Source: Syncephalis fuscata S228
Lineage: Eukaryota; Fungi; Zoopagomycota
Assembly (NCBI GenBank): GCA_025786725.1
Contig: JAHLTZ010000001.1
Location: forward strand, 682,001-746,000
Direction: 5' to 3'
DNA: 64,000 nucleotides
A program made the position numbers and the translations under genes. Positions 11,706 to 24,622 of the stretch are shown here, piece by piece; the first letter of the stretch is position 1; each line of letters begins with the position of its first letter. The notes under the pieces were generated by a model. That model made no database searches and was not told the origin of the DNA. It saw only the letters and a program-made list of their open reading frames with translations.

Positions 11706-13708
11706 CTAAGCATTGTAAAAGTTTAGGCACGCGATGGCTGCACCATAAATTTCTTCCCTCTTGGATATGTTGTGGCTTGATAAACAGGCCTCATATCATT
11801 CTTAGGCGATGCGACAAAATTAAAATGACGCACTACTCAGCAATTGTCAAACGAAGTTCCATCCAGGCCAAACTAATCAATATATTATTAATGTATAGCT
11901 TGTGTAATTTGCTCATATTACTTACTTGCGACCAAGACAGGCGCGAGGGCCAACAGAGAATGGTGCAAAATGTTGCTTCATTACAGCCAGCTGCCCAGGC
12001 GACGCATCAAGCCAGCGTTCGGACGAAATACGTGTGGTTCAGGGAAAACATTGTCATTCATTTGCATAACGCCAATGGACACCATCACTGTAGTCTATAT
12101 TGTGATATGTAAGTATGTAAAGTGTTATAACTAATCATTGGCTTACACCGCCAGGAACAAAGTAGCCATCTAACGTAGCACCTCTGTCAGGGATAATGCG
12201 TGGGAAGCCATGCGGAGCAATAGGCTGGATGCGCATCGATTCGTGAAGTACGGCATCCAAGTAGGTCATAGTCAAAACGTCTTTATATGCAATACGCGTA
12301 CTAGAGTCAGGATATACACTTTTGACTTCATCGACAAGTCGTTTGTAGCACTCGGGATTCTCAAGCAAATAATACATGGTCCTAAGTAAATATGTTAAAC
12401 TAATCAAGCGAATAAATAATTGAAGCTTACCATGTAAGAGTAAGCCCAGTAGTATCTGTACCAGCAATCCTAAACATTGATACCATTAAATAAATATAAA
12501 GTTAAAATGCTTATGTCTTACATCAATATAATTACTTCAGACATAATGCTTTCATCTGAAAGTGTAGCGCCGGTTTCAGCATCAACGGCTTCAATTAACT
12601 GTTGCAATGTATCTTTTCTTCCGCTATCGCCCATTTGTCTTCTTTTTTCAATAGCCTCCATTGCGTACTAGATAATATTCATATCGATAAATAAATATAA
12701 ATATAAAGCGTGTAAACTCACACTGTCAAATGCTTTAATATCTCTTTCTAATTTAGGTACTAGCTTTACGCTAAAAAATCTGCCAAAAATGATTTTCTAG
12801 TTTTGTTTAGTACACAATAATAAATAATAAACACATACACACCAATAAAACAAATGAGTTTGTACTATTTATCCATTGGATAATCGGATGGTGCTCTTTT
12901 TTCTCTTCAAGAAGTCCAAAGGTTTTGCCAAATCCTACTTCACCAATGATATCCTACAGACACAATAAGTAATTACCAAAAATAAAATTACAATTACTTA
13001 CAAAAGTCATATTTTTAAATAAATTCATTAAATCAACGGTGTTTCCTGCATCTGCATGTTTCCGAATGCGTTCTACAAGGCGAGCAAGACCCATATCATG
13101 AATCAATGGTTCTAGATCGTTAAGCGCATTGGGCGTATAAGCTGGCATCATCAATCGTTTCTAGTGGTAAAATTAACCAAATTGCAATAAATAAAACAAT
13201 ATCTTACTTGAATTCGATGATGATTGACGTCCCTCGTACTGAATATGTTTGGATGCCCAAGACGAGTAGTATCATATTCGTTACCTTTAATATACTGATG
13301 CGAGCCATTGACCTTTCGGATTGATGCAGCACTTGCCAACCAAATAGTGCCGGTGCCTATCCGTCAGATTAGAGTTGGCTAAGATTGTTTATGTTACATT
13401 ATAGTGCTACTTACCCACGCGTACAATGGGTCCATAGCGTTTGTGGATATCTGAAACATACGCTCGCTCTAGCTTATAAAGCTGTGTTATATCGAAACCT
13501 AGCACACCCAGAGCGGATGGACGTGGACCGGGTATCTTTGACAATGGGCTTATATATTCCTGCTCAATCAACTGTACAAATATTAGCAATAGTCAATTGT
13601 CACTGATAAATGATATCTACCTTGTAAATAACATAGCCTGCACCTGCTATACCTAAGGTCTGAAGCCATGAAATATTATCGAGTAGCGGTTGTAGTGTTG
13701 AAGACATG
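11706..13708 (-). CDS. Cytochrome P450 (multi-exon)
   Basis: N-terminal membrane anchor, [21 protein letters not shown]-helix AGTDTT, ExxR (ESMR), heme motif [11 protein letters not shown] at about 11928-11965. Confidence 0.93.
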
Positions 13709-14728
13709 GCGTCCTACAAGTATGTAGTGCAGTATAGCAGCAGTAGGTTGAATGGTATAAAAAAAGAGCGTTGCTGAACGTATGTATAGCCGAAATGGTT
13801 GGTTTACCAGCCGTACTTAGGATTAGACCATATTTATATTCCTATAAACACTCGTTCTCTATGACGTAAGCTATAAACTTGTTTTTATACCGAAATGCCG
13901 AACTATGCATTAATATGAAACATCCATTTTAGACCCAACAATCTACGAAACTGGCAATGAAAAGATTAGGCTTATTATATGTAGATAATAAGTAAACAAA
14001 TACTATTTAACTCTCTTGTTCACCATACAATCATAAGCATTTAACAAAAATCAATATTGTGTACTTTATTTAAAATATATGTTTATTAATAGATTGACTC
14101 TATTATTCATATTAAATATACGGCTAATCATGTTTATTCCTTTGATTTGAATTATTAACTACGTTGTTTATGCATTAAAAGTCCGGTGTTATCTCTCTAA
14201 TGACTATTCATGTGCGCGGCAGCAAATTATTTATTTTTATTACTGTTAACTTATTATTATATAACATCAAAACAACCATTATCAATGTCAAATAAACTTA
14301 ACTTCACATATAACTCAAATCAGTATATTTATAACAAAGTGCAACTGTATAGATTTTGACAATAGGCTAAAGCAAATTCGAGTAAGAAAAAATGATCTTT
14401 ATTATTAATTGGGCGACAGTATTAAGTATCTCTAATATTGCTAAAGCTCTAATAAGAGCATAAACGTGTGCTGGGAAAGATTTAAGTATACTAATGCAAC
14501 AATTTAAATTAAAACTCCGCGTATTTAAGTAATTTACATATTTGTACCAATATACTAAGAATAATTAAACTAAAGCCAGTTTATATTTGTTTACATGCTA
14601 CTTCAATAAATGGCAAATTGTTTTAATTACTTAAACGAAACATTACATTTGGATATAAATATGATAACTAAAAATTATTAGCAAGCTATTTATTTATATA
14701 ATAACTAAAGTATCAAATGTTAATGCAA

Positions 14729-16156
14729 TTATACAGAGCGAGTTTCAGCTTCAATCTCCTCGGTAGTGCCTTCATTGCGAACGACATTTGCTTGGGCCGC
14801 AGGAACTGCTTCTAGCACACTTTGTTTACTTGTGGATGCGCTTGAAGTGGCAGATTCATTGCGTGCTTTCTTACTGGTAGATGCCTCTGCATTGGTAGGA
14901 ATATGATACCCAAATGTACACAAAATAGTGTCTGGAGCTACATAAGCTGCTTTCTGAGTAGTAGGTGCATTTTCACATCTTGTTGCACGAGAACATTCAG
15001 ATGCGGCATCAAAGCGTCGTTTACATCCAGTAGAATAGGCTTGTTCGTAGTTGTGATATGGATAGCCTGTGGGGAAAGAATGTGGCTGCGATTGCATGTA
15101 ACCTACAAATGGATTACAAGCTGGTCGAAAGCTTCTTGGCGTATACACCGGTTGAGCTGGAAGACCGAAAAAATTGGCAAATGCTGCTTGTAAGTGTTGA
15201 TTTGGTTGCTGCCATCGACGCTGTTGTTCTTGCCACGCTTTCCATTGATTATACTGCTGCTGCTGCTGTCTTAAGAATTCTTGACGTTCCTGTTCACGCT
15301 TTTGTTGGAGCTTTTCTTCTTCTTCGCTGCTGCCTAGCTTAAGATTAAAGACTGCGCTTAGAACATCACTTAGCAATGCCTCTATTAGTGTTTCTTCTTC
15401 TTCTTCTTCTTCCTTCTCTTCTTCTTTGTCGGCTTCAGTTGTGTTTTCATTGCTAGACGATTTGGTCGTAGCATCATCTTCTTGATTGTTGATATCGGCA
15501 GTATTGAGGCTGTTGGCTAATGCTTCATTGATATCGTCGATTGATTGCTCTACATCAATAGTTGGTGCAATATTGATGTCAACGTTGCTTTCTACACTAG
15601 TGAATGGGTTGTAATCAACAACATTCTCTTCTTCGTCCACATTTTCGCTTGGTTGTTTGCCTTTGCTATCGGTAGCAATGTCAACTGAGTCTTTCCTGGC
15701 AGCTTCATCATCTGGCTCTGCTAAAACCCAAACTGCATCAGCGGTAGGGTCGACAGTGGCAGATGCTTCATTTGCTTGTTCTGAACTTGGCACCAATGCG
15801 GGTACTTTGCCGTCTTCAGCACTCATAGTAGCGATGGCTCAAATGAGGCTACAGAAGCAGCGCTGGAGTGATCTAGGCTGCTATTGTTTCAACTAGCCAG
15901 AATCTGACAGCTTTTTTATTGCCAGTTGTCACAGCTTGTTGAAGGGCCTCGTTTAATTCAATGTCCGTATTGAATATAACTTGGTCGCCATCGTCGTCCA
16001 CGTAAGAAAGCTGAATATCCTCAACGGCAGCAATCTTGGGAAACAGTGACTTGACATTGTGGCAAGTTCATTCCAAGTCACAGTGCCTGGGACGGTGAAG
16101 CGACGGGCAATTGGCCCTTGCAAAATCTTGACGGTAATAGCAGTGGACATTTTCAT
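14729..16156 (-). CDS. PB1-domain protein with acidic/Gln-rich low-complexity body (frameshifted in the assembly)
   Basis: N-terminus ITVKILQGPIARRFTVPGTVTWNEL; the shifted frame gives DIQLSYVDDDGDQVIFNTDIELNEAL (OPCA motif), leading towards the 365-aa ORF. No introns evident. Confidence 0.7.
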
Positions 16157-16751
16157 GTTATCAAAAAAGAGTAGCTGAAATTGGGAATAAATGTTGCTTA
16201 TTGAATTGAGATGCTGAATTGAATATTATCGCCTACACATTACAGCTATTTATACACCAATTGAATATATTGTGATTCATATTGCTACAGCATTTTAGAA
16301 GTTAATGGAATATTGTTGCTTTACTCCACAATCACTTTACTAAGCATTTCCTAATTAGGAAGTGACAATAATTAATAAGCAAATCGGATTTTTCCACCAT
16401 ATTCTAGACTTTGCTAGAACTTTTCAACCAAACCACCTTGTTTTTCGAAACTATATTATAATTTTAGACAAGAGTACATTAAATGATATTCTATTAAACA
16501 TATATTTATTCAACTATTGAATTCATTAATAAATTATCAATTTAAAGATTACAGCAAATAAATAACTAAATTAAAAGACACAGTATAATAATTGAAAAAC
16601 ACAGCATTATAATTAAACACTTATGAATACACGCTTTTTTAAACTTAATGAACTATTTATTGGCATTTTATTTAATAGACTTGATCATCTATTAAAAAAT
16701 GCTATTTGTTAATGTTTATTGAGGAGATAATTGGTAATTGCAGCATGTGTG

Positions 16752-17744
16752 CTAACAATGGCCACGGCCTCCTCTTCTACCTCCCATACCTCTTCCACGT
16801 CCTCTACCACCCCATGACCCTTCTGGTCTTCCATGATGAAGTGAAAAGCCACCATTAACATTTTCATCATCAGAATGCATATTGTCACTCATATGCATAT
16901 GGGAAGGACCATGGGTGGGGAAATGATGATGGCCATGCGCATGGCCGGGGAAGTGGTGATGATCATGACCAAAGAAATGATGATGACCATGAGCATGGCC
17001 AGGGAAGTGGCCACGACCACGACCACGATGATGGTGGTGATGGCCATGGAAATTAAATGGATGATGGCCATGGAAATGACCAAATGGTGGGTGTGGTGCA
17101 AATGGTGGATAAAAAGCACCACCACCAGGTCCACAAATCTCTTCATAATTTTGTAGATGTTCTGCTAGTTTTTTGTGCCATTTGTGGCGCTGTTGTTCTT
17201 GTTCTTGTTCATTTGTCTCAGTTTGTTCATTTTGACCTTTACCTTCAAAATCATTTTGATTATTCTCAGTATTCGTAATCAAAAAAAACTCTGAACTCTG
17301 TTGACCCTTTTTACCTGATTCTTTATCCTGCGATACATAGCAATCGCTGTAGTCATCTTGAGCAGAATGACCATTATCATTACCGTGCTGGTTTGCTCCA
17401 TTAAATTGAGTAAATACATTGTAGGCATGCCATGGATAATGCCATGGATATTGACAACGCCTATCATACGTATGAGCTTTTCCGCTCTTATTACCAACTA
17501 CAAAATAAAGCTTTTCGTCTTCGTATAAACGCTGCATAATTCTACGCAGCTCTGATTCAGAATCAAGTACTATTATAATATTATCACTATCTTTGTACGA
17601 TAGTTGAATATCTTTAGTAGCACCAGCCTCAGGAAACACTTGTAGAATCTTATTGACCAAATCAATCCAGTTTATTTCGTAGTCAATGTAGAGCAGTCGT
17701 CCGGTTGCTCCGTACATAACCTTGAATGGGACCTCGCAGACCAT
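16752..17744 (-). CDS. PB1-domain protein with His/Gly-rich repeats and C-terminal RG/RGG tract
   Basis: FKVMYGATGRLL...DIQLSYKDSDNIIIVLDSESEL is PB1-like and paralogous to the neighbour; repeated HFPGHAHGHHHF; intronless 330-aa ORF. Confidence 0.75.
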   Translation of the reverse strand: MVCEVPFKVMYGATGRLLYIDYEINWIDLVNKILQVFPEAGATKDIQLSYKDSDNIIIVLDSESELRRIMQRLYEDEKLYFVVGNKSGKAHTYDRRCQYPWHYPWHAYNVFTQFNGANQHGNDNGHSAQDDYSDCYVSQDKESGKKGQQSSEFFLITNTENNQNDFEGKGQNEQTETNEQEQEQQRHKWHKKLAEHLQNYEEICGPGGGAFYPPFAPHPPFGHFHGHHPFNFHGHHHHHRGRGRGHFPGHAHGHHHFFGHDHHHFPGHAHGHHHFPTHGPSHMHMSDNMHSDDENVNGGFSLHHGRPEGSWGGRGRGRGMGGRRGGRGHC

Positions 17745-19258
17745 GTTGCAGAAAGTAAAAGTTGAAGAAAATAAAAAAGTGGAGTAGTGAGTATAATGCT
17801 TTTTAGTTCCAGCTATGGTTGGTATGTATTTATACTAATAAGCAAGACATTAGATAGCAGCGACACGGATAAATAAGCTCCATTATGTCCGTGTGACTCA
17901 GTTATATTCAAATTGGAACAAGAATATAATTCGGTATTACTATATTTAGATTTGTGTCTTGTGTTGCATTTTTATTGTGCATACAATACAGAAATATTAT
18001 TGATGTGAATAAGCATTGCGTATTGTACGTATCGTATGTACCTGAATTACCACACCGTATTTAATTAACAAAATATTAAATTGCTGTTGCTATAACTAGC
18101 TTTAATTCTTGATTATAAAATAAGTTGATACTATTAACATGGAAGGTTATTGTAGAATCAATAACGAATCAACTTGGCTGCATTACTGTAAATGAAATGC
18201 TTGTCTGCATGACTCATTTATATTCATATTGAAGCACAAACATCACTTGGTATAGCTATATTTAGATATACGTCTTGTATATTTTATTACGAATACAACA
18301 CAAAACAGTAAGTGCCATCGGAATTGAATCTTTGCCGATTGAAATTCCCATCACACATCCGGTCAATCGGTGATAATAAACCGAGCAGATGTCTGATCAT
18401 AGAAATAATTATATGAGCAATGACAATGTAAATCGATATGGCTATAGTAATCAGAAACACTAGCGCTATTATTATTATTGTTGTTGTTGTTGTTATATTT
18501 ATTGAGCAACTATTATATATTATTACTTTGTTAACTAGATGAATCTTATATTACATCCAATTAATACTTTTTATTCACTTATGAGAATAATTTTATTGCT
18601 AAGGTTACGCTGATGTACTCAAAAATTATGGCTTTGACGACAGGTGAGAAAAGACGTTACTTATCACATGGATATGAAGCAATGGCACTAAATTAATTAA
18701 CAAGCTGTTAAATTAGTGTTAAAATAACGGTACTGTAATAAATAAATAAAAGATTGAATAATTGCTATAATAATTAACTTTACTATTTAATAAATCGATT
18801 GCAGCTAATACCACGGAACTGTTTGTAAAATTAACGATAGACCAACATTTCAACACAATTAGCCTAAATGTATCGTAATAAATAGACGTTAACTGTTGTA
18901 GATGAGTTTTAAGTTAATTCGATAACTAGTTTTTTTCATATTATTTCAACACAAGTTTATTAATTACTAAATTGTAGTGTTATTTTCTAAACTGTACCAA
19001 TTGGTTAGTTATAGTAACTAATTACATTAAAGCATAAACATTAAATCATATTATTTGTAATGAATAGTGTGTATTGTAAGTAATGTAAAATAAAAAAGAC
19101 GCAGCATTAGCGCAATGATTTAGTAATAAATTATGCGCTTCAAGGTAAAACAAACTAAAGTACAGCAACGCAGCCATGTAACTATGCAACTAGAATCAAC
19201 CAACCATGTCTATTCAACAAAACTAGAATTGATGTCTAGATTATAATGCAAAATATCA

Positions 19259-20266
19259 CTATAATGGCGAATTATCTCGTCTAAAGCGCACCTTTTTAGT
19301 TGTCGGTGGGCGATGGCCATGGTGTTGCTGCTGATGGTGTTGATGTTGATGTGATTCTTGCTGTTGCTGTTGTTGTTGTAAATGATGCTGTTGCTGTTGT
19401 TGGTGCTGCTGATGCTGTCCATACTGACTATTATTATTAATAGAAATTTGTGGTGGTGGTAAGTTAATTGCATTATTGTTATGTCCATGAAGATTAAACA
19501 TATTTCCTGTATGTGCTGTGCCATTATTGGCCGGGTTGTAAGTTGTCGAATTGAGCGATGACATTGAATTTGACAATGGCCCAGTATGACTTTCAAAGTC
19601 GGACATATCTACGTCGCGGCCAAGAAAGCTCATTTCATTTGGTGGATGACGGCGTTTAAACGGCACAGTCATTGTGGATGGTGTACCGTTATTGACAAGT
19701 ATTGAAGCGTGATTTGATGTTAACGTTGTGCCAGCAGTGGCAGTGGAAGCCAGAGGTGGTGGGACAAATTGGAATGGATGTGTTGTTGTATCTACACCAC
19801 CAAATATGACACCACCCAATGACGCATGATTAGTGGAGTTTAGTGTGCCATGAGCATTCTGTACGTTCACTGGATGGCCATTAGTACTGACCGAGGAGGA
19901 AGCCACATCATTATTAGTAGTAGCAGAGGCAGTAGCAGATGGTGGTGGTGGTGACTTTTCCGTCTCTACCATAAGCTCTGCATGCTTAGCCTGGGCATAA
20001 TTAACAAGATCATCGGCTGGGATGGATGCGGCGCCCAAGCCTACTTCACGCTGCTGTACGTGAGGATGTCCTGCTAAAAAATCCAAAAGATCCTGTAGAC
20101 ATTGTTCGTAGCCTTGTCGATAGGCAAATCGTTGTGTACGTTGTGCATCTTTATAAAGCTGCGTGACCGAACGAGCTGCAGTACGAAACGACGAGAGCAA
20201 TGACTGCTCCAATGACGCCAGTTCGCTCTGGTTCCGATCAAGATCCTGGCCTGGCTCCATGATCAA
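19259..20266 (-). CDS. HAPSTR1/C16orf72-like protein with His/Gln-rich tail
   Basis: LEQSLLSSFRTAARSVTQLYK...AYRQGYEQCLQDLL resembles the family N-terminal helical motif; basic C-terminal NLS-like TKKVRFRR; intact 335-aa ORF. Confidence 0.65.
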   Translation of the reverse strand: MIMEPGQDLDRNQSELASLEQSLLSSFRTAARSVTQLYKDAQRTQRFAYRQGYEQCLQDLLDFLAGHPHVQQREVGLGAASIPADDLVNYAQAKHAELMVETEKSPPPPSATASATTNNDVASSSVSTNGHPVNVQNAHGTLNSTNHASLGGVIFGGVDTTTHPFQFVPPPLASTATAGTTLTSNHASILVNNGTPSTMTVPFKRRHPPNEMSFLGRDVDMSDFESHTGPLSNSMSSLNSTTYNPANNGTAHTGNMFNLHGHNNNAINLPPPQISINNNSQYGQHQQHQQQQQHHLQQQQQQQESHQHQHHQQQHHGHRPPTTKKVRFRRDNSPL

Positions 20267-20880
20267 GAACTATAATAGGTGGTGGTGGTGGTGATAGACG
20301 TAAAAGTACCAAACTACCAATGCCAGTGATCCTTTCTAGCTCTTAAAATAACAGGTTAGGCCAATTGATAAGCGATAGTAGAAGGAAGACGAGAAGAAAA
20401 TAAGAGCGAGAAATACGCAGGTACAGGCCCTAGATGAGTGGCTATGGTAAAGAGTGACAACTAGTTAAGATGAAGAGAGAGAGAGAAAGCTGCTGTTGTG
20501 CTGTTGCTATTGTTGGGTGAGAGTAGTGTTGTGTAGTGCTATGCAGCTCAGTCTTAAAGTAAGGGGCTGATAACAAGAAAGAAAGAAAAACTTTTACATT
20601 AATAGATAGTTAACATTAACGATTTACGACCAGTATTGAAATATGGCAATGATAGAGTGAAATTTGCTTTGTTTTTGCAGTGTCGATAGAGGAAAGTGTC
20701 AACTGAGTTGTTGTTATATTGAGAGTGGCAAAGAGAGAGAAAATGAGAAAGTAAGATTTGGTTTTATTGTACTTTGACTCGCACATCTGTCCCCAAAGTA
20801 AAATTCGTTCCAGAGTCATGTTGTTATGCACAACATAGTTATATTACTTCCTATTAAGATGTTGTTAATAAATTGATTTC

Positions 20881-21115
20881 AATAAACAATGTAACATACT
20901 ATTGCTTTCTTTGCAACATCTGAGGCTGATTGTTGTTGTTGTTGGTCATGCGTAGAAAGATTGATTGAATATTAATAGAAGCCATATGATTGCGATTCCA
21001 TATCGTTCTTCATCACTTCTGTTGCTTGTTTGTCATACTGTACATCAAACTGCTATATAATCTATTTCTTTTCTATTTTGTTTCTGTTTACTTGAACCAC
21101 ATTTGCATATTGTAA
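20881..21115 (-). mobile_element. Degenerate Fanzor/TnpB-like relic, copy 2 (3' end only)
   Basis: Nucleotide similarity to 9575-9720; translates as TICKCGSSK...RTIWNRNHMASINIQSIFLRMTNNNNNQPQMLQRKQ*. Confidence 0.65.
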
Positions 21116-21684
21116 CGATTATATTTAATAATTGCAATTATTTAATTAACACTTCTTACTTTTAATAAGATCATAAAAATTATGTATGCATGGTCACAAA
21201 TGTACTAGTTGCATAGATAGATTACACGATTTATTAAACACTATTTTATAGTGATGTCCATCATGGTTATCATTGCATTGCCATAAAGTTAATAGATTGA
21301 TTTAAACTCTAGTTCTCTGTATTACTTGACAACCATTGTATTTGATGGATAAAATAAAAAATAGGCTATACCAATATCCGTTATTATTAACCGTAATAGC
21401 AGCAAATAATGGTTGTAATTGAGGGCGTGTTACTTGAATGTCATTCTACATATCATATGCACCACTAAGTAACAAAAGTGTAGGCTACATAGCCTAACAT
21501 CCGATCTACATAGTTACATGGTTTCTTTTAGTGCATTATTTCTTTTAATCGAATTTTTACTATTATTCTACATAACGTATGTATACACGCTGCACACCAG
21601 TATTTACACTTTTATAGCCTTTGTAAAAAGACTATAAGCAATACTGATTACAGCATTCAGACTTAGAGCACTTGTACCAGTAAC

Positions 21685-24340
21685 ATGCAATTAGAAAATA
21701 ACAATTTGCTAATTATGAATAGCCCTAATGGTGGCGTCGATCCTGATGACCAAAAGACAGTGCCTCAACTGCTTAATGACGTTGAATTCAGTACAGTACT
21801 TGATAACTTGCTAACGAGTGGTCCACCACCATCGAGTAATATCGTATTTCCTTATCTTCATGGTGCTGGCCGATATCTTGAAAAAGACCCACAACCGCGT
21901 CCACTATTACTGGTCTATATTGGTGCATTGCCTTCGCCGCAGTCTTGCTCGTCAGCCACCTCGTCGGCCGATGATAGCCATAGTGTGGATCTATTAAAAG
22001 ATTTAAATATAGAAATGAGTGGTACCAACGCTAAATTATGGTCATCAACACCGTCTAACAATAACGATATGGACACCAGTGATTCAAATGCCCTTACACC
22101 TTCCGCAAAGGATGGCCCATTATTTCTTAATACAGCGCTGGCCGATCAAGTACTTGGTTATCGAGAAAAACGCGGCTGGCACTTTCGAACTATATTGCCT
22201 TTCTTCCAGCACCAATCTAGACATTTTGGCGGCCAAACAGCTCTATGGGCCTCCTTATCCGATATTGTTATCTATGGCAGCGATCAGCTTGATCCAAATA
22301 GCATGATTAGTCGTAGTAAACCTTATAACACAGCAACTAATATAGACGATTCGCGCGATTTTGTAGCCAACTGCATTATTGAAGCTCAAAAGGAATTCAC
22401 AAGTAAAATGCGTATTGCCATTCCTGATTGGGAAATGCGAAAGACGTTTATCTATAAAGGTAGGTTTAAACAATGCAATAATAATTAATAGTAACAAAAA
22501 GACAAAATAACAATATCCATGGTAATTATTAAATATTAGGTGAAACAATGCAATGGGCACAACAATATAAAGAATTGATCACTGTAAATAATAATGGCAA
22601 AATATCTCCATTATATGACATGTCTAAACGGGAAACCATGTCGATGTATGAACTTGCTGCACCTGTTGAAATCTCACCTGGAATATGGGTAAATATTAAT
22701 ATAACTTATGTTATTTAAAGACTTACAAAATGTAGTTTGGACATGATGATCGTAGTATTAATGCTAAAACCGATTGTTTGCCCACTGGTAAAGGGAATTA
22801 TTCTATTTACGGCATAGAGAAGAAGAAAGAAAAAACGCCTAGTTCCCGCAGTTCATCAAAGTCGTCAAGCGACGATATAAGCACGCCTACTGATATGGAA
22901 ACTATTACAACTATTATTGATCCTATTCAACTATCACCACCTTCTAAACGACCAATTCAACCCAGCTGTCCACCTAGTGTACATAATAGCTCTAACGGTC
23001 GTGATACTAACAGTTCTAATTCTCATAGTAAAAGTCAAAGCCAGAGTAGTGACGGTAGCAGTAGTAGTAATAATAGTGAAGGCGATGATAAAACTTATAA
23101 TAGCTTTTTCCACCATATTATACGTATACGACCAACAGCTTTTCCAGCTGTACGTGCCGATCTAGAAGAACATTTAACACAACAAGCCAATCATACAATA
23201 GACAAAACAATCACTCACTACAATCCATCGGTATTATACGTTACACCATGGAATCCACAGCACAGTGCTACTATGATCACACAGCTACGTGATTTAGTAT
23301 GGTATATTACGCGATTAATAGCCAATAATAGCTGTAAAACTAACTACAACAATGATACTTGTGACTCTTATTTGCCACAGCAACAACAACAAGTTCTATT
23401 GTATTATGACTTTACTGATGATTCGTTTCTTTATATGTCGTCATTGGCTCTGGCTTATTGTATACAACGACATCGATTAAGCCTTGCCGCGGCATGTTTA
23501 CGTGTGAATGCCGCAAGCCATGTGTATCTTGGCTCTTTTTGCAATGTACTACAAGATTTTGAAGACGAGACCTGGCTACACTTTGAAGTAGAAAGGGAAA
23601 CGAAAGAGGTGGCCAAGAAAAACAACCATATATATATGGAACAGGAAGAAGAGAATAATCAAAAGAAAGAATCTTTAATGCCAATAAGTACAAGTTGGTT
23701 CTTTTCACGTGAATTTGAAGGCGAGTGTAGCTGTTAATTAACTGGTATGATTAAAATGATTAACACTTTATTATATTTAGGTAATTTCCCTTCTCGTATA
23801 TTGCCTCATTTATTATTAGGAGATATTGCCGTCGCCAATAATATTGGTTTATTACGAGCACTTGGTGTTACACATATCCTTAGTGTTGGCATTCGACCTA
23901 ATCACACTGATAGAGCATTAAAGTTTAAATATATCGATAACATAGAGGATGATGGCTACGGTGATCTATTAAACTGTTTTAATGATTGTAATGCGTTTAT
24001 CGGTAAGTAATACGCTATTAAATTAAGTATAATGCTAATTGTTTAATTTATAATGACAATAGATGAAGCACATGCTAACAATGGACGTGTACTTGTTCAT
24101 TGTCAAGTAGGCACTTCTCGATCAGCAACGGTAGCTATCGCCTATGTTATACACCATCAAAACATTTCATTATTGGATGCCTATTTTGTTGTGCGGGCCC
24201 GTAGATTACTTTTGATTATTCAGCCTAATCTACGATTAATGTACAATTTATTAGAATACGAATGGCAACAACAGCATTCAATATCGCTGCCGTGGGTTGA
24301 TTTGTCGCGAGGTATTTCACTGCTTAACCGTGCTTGTTAG
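21685..24340 (+). CDS. Dual-specificity protein phosphatase, Pps1-like
   Basis: VFPYLHG N-terminal motif, NFPSRILPHLLLG, catalytic VHCQVGTSRS, VRARRLLLIIQPN; several short introns. Confidence 0.88.
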
Positions 24341-24622
24341 ACTAGAAATACGGCATTTTCTGTATTATAAGCATATTTTTTAATAAATTAACATAGTTAA
24401 TATTTTGTGTTATGGTGTACGGCTGCTGCTGCTATCACCGAATCTGTTGGTTAATGTGTTTCAAAATAAGACATAAGACGTTTAAGACATGATCCACTGT
24501 GAATAGAAATGACTTGGATACCACCAATTAACCATCCTATCTATTCATTCATTCATTTTATTATCTGCACCGTAGTGATTAAGCTACAACGATTGTCTAT
24601 TACTTGCACTAGTGTATACAAA

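Noticed and set aside
11706-13708. P450 plus ACC1 as a biosynthetic gene cluster
   Set aside because: No PKS, NRPS or terpene synthase nearby, and the intervening genes are unrelated.
16875-17156. Met-rich plus-strand ORF
   Set aside because: Reverse complement of His (CAT) codons in the PB1 gene.
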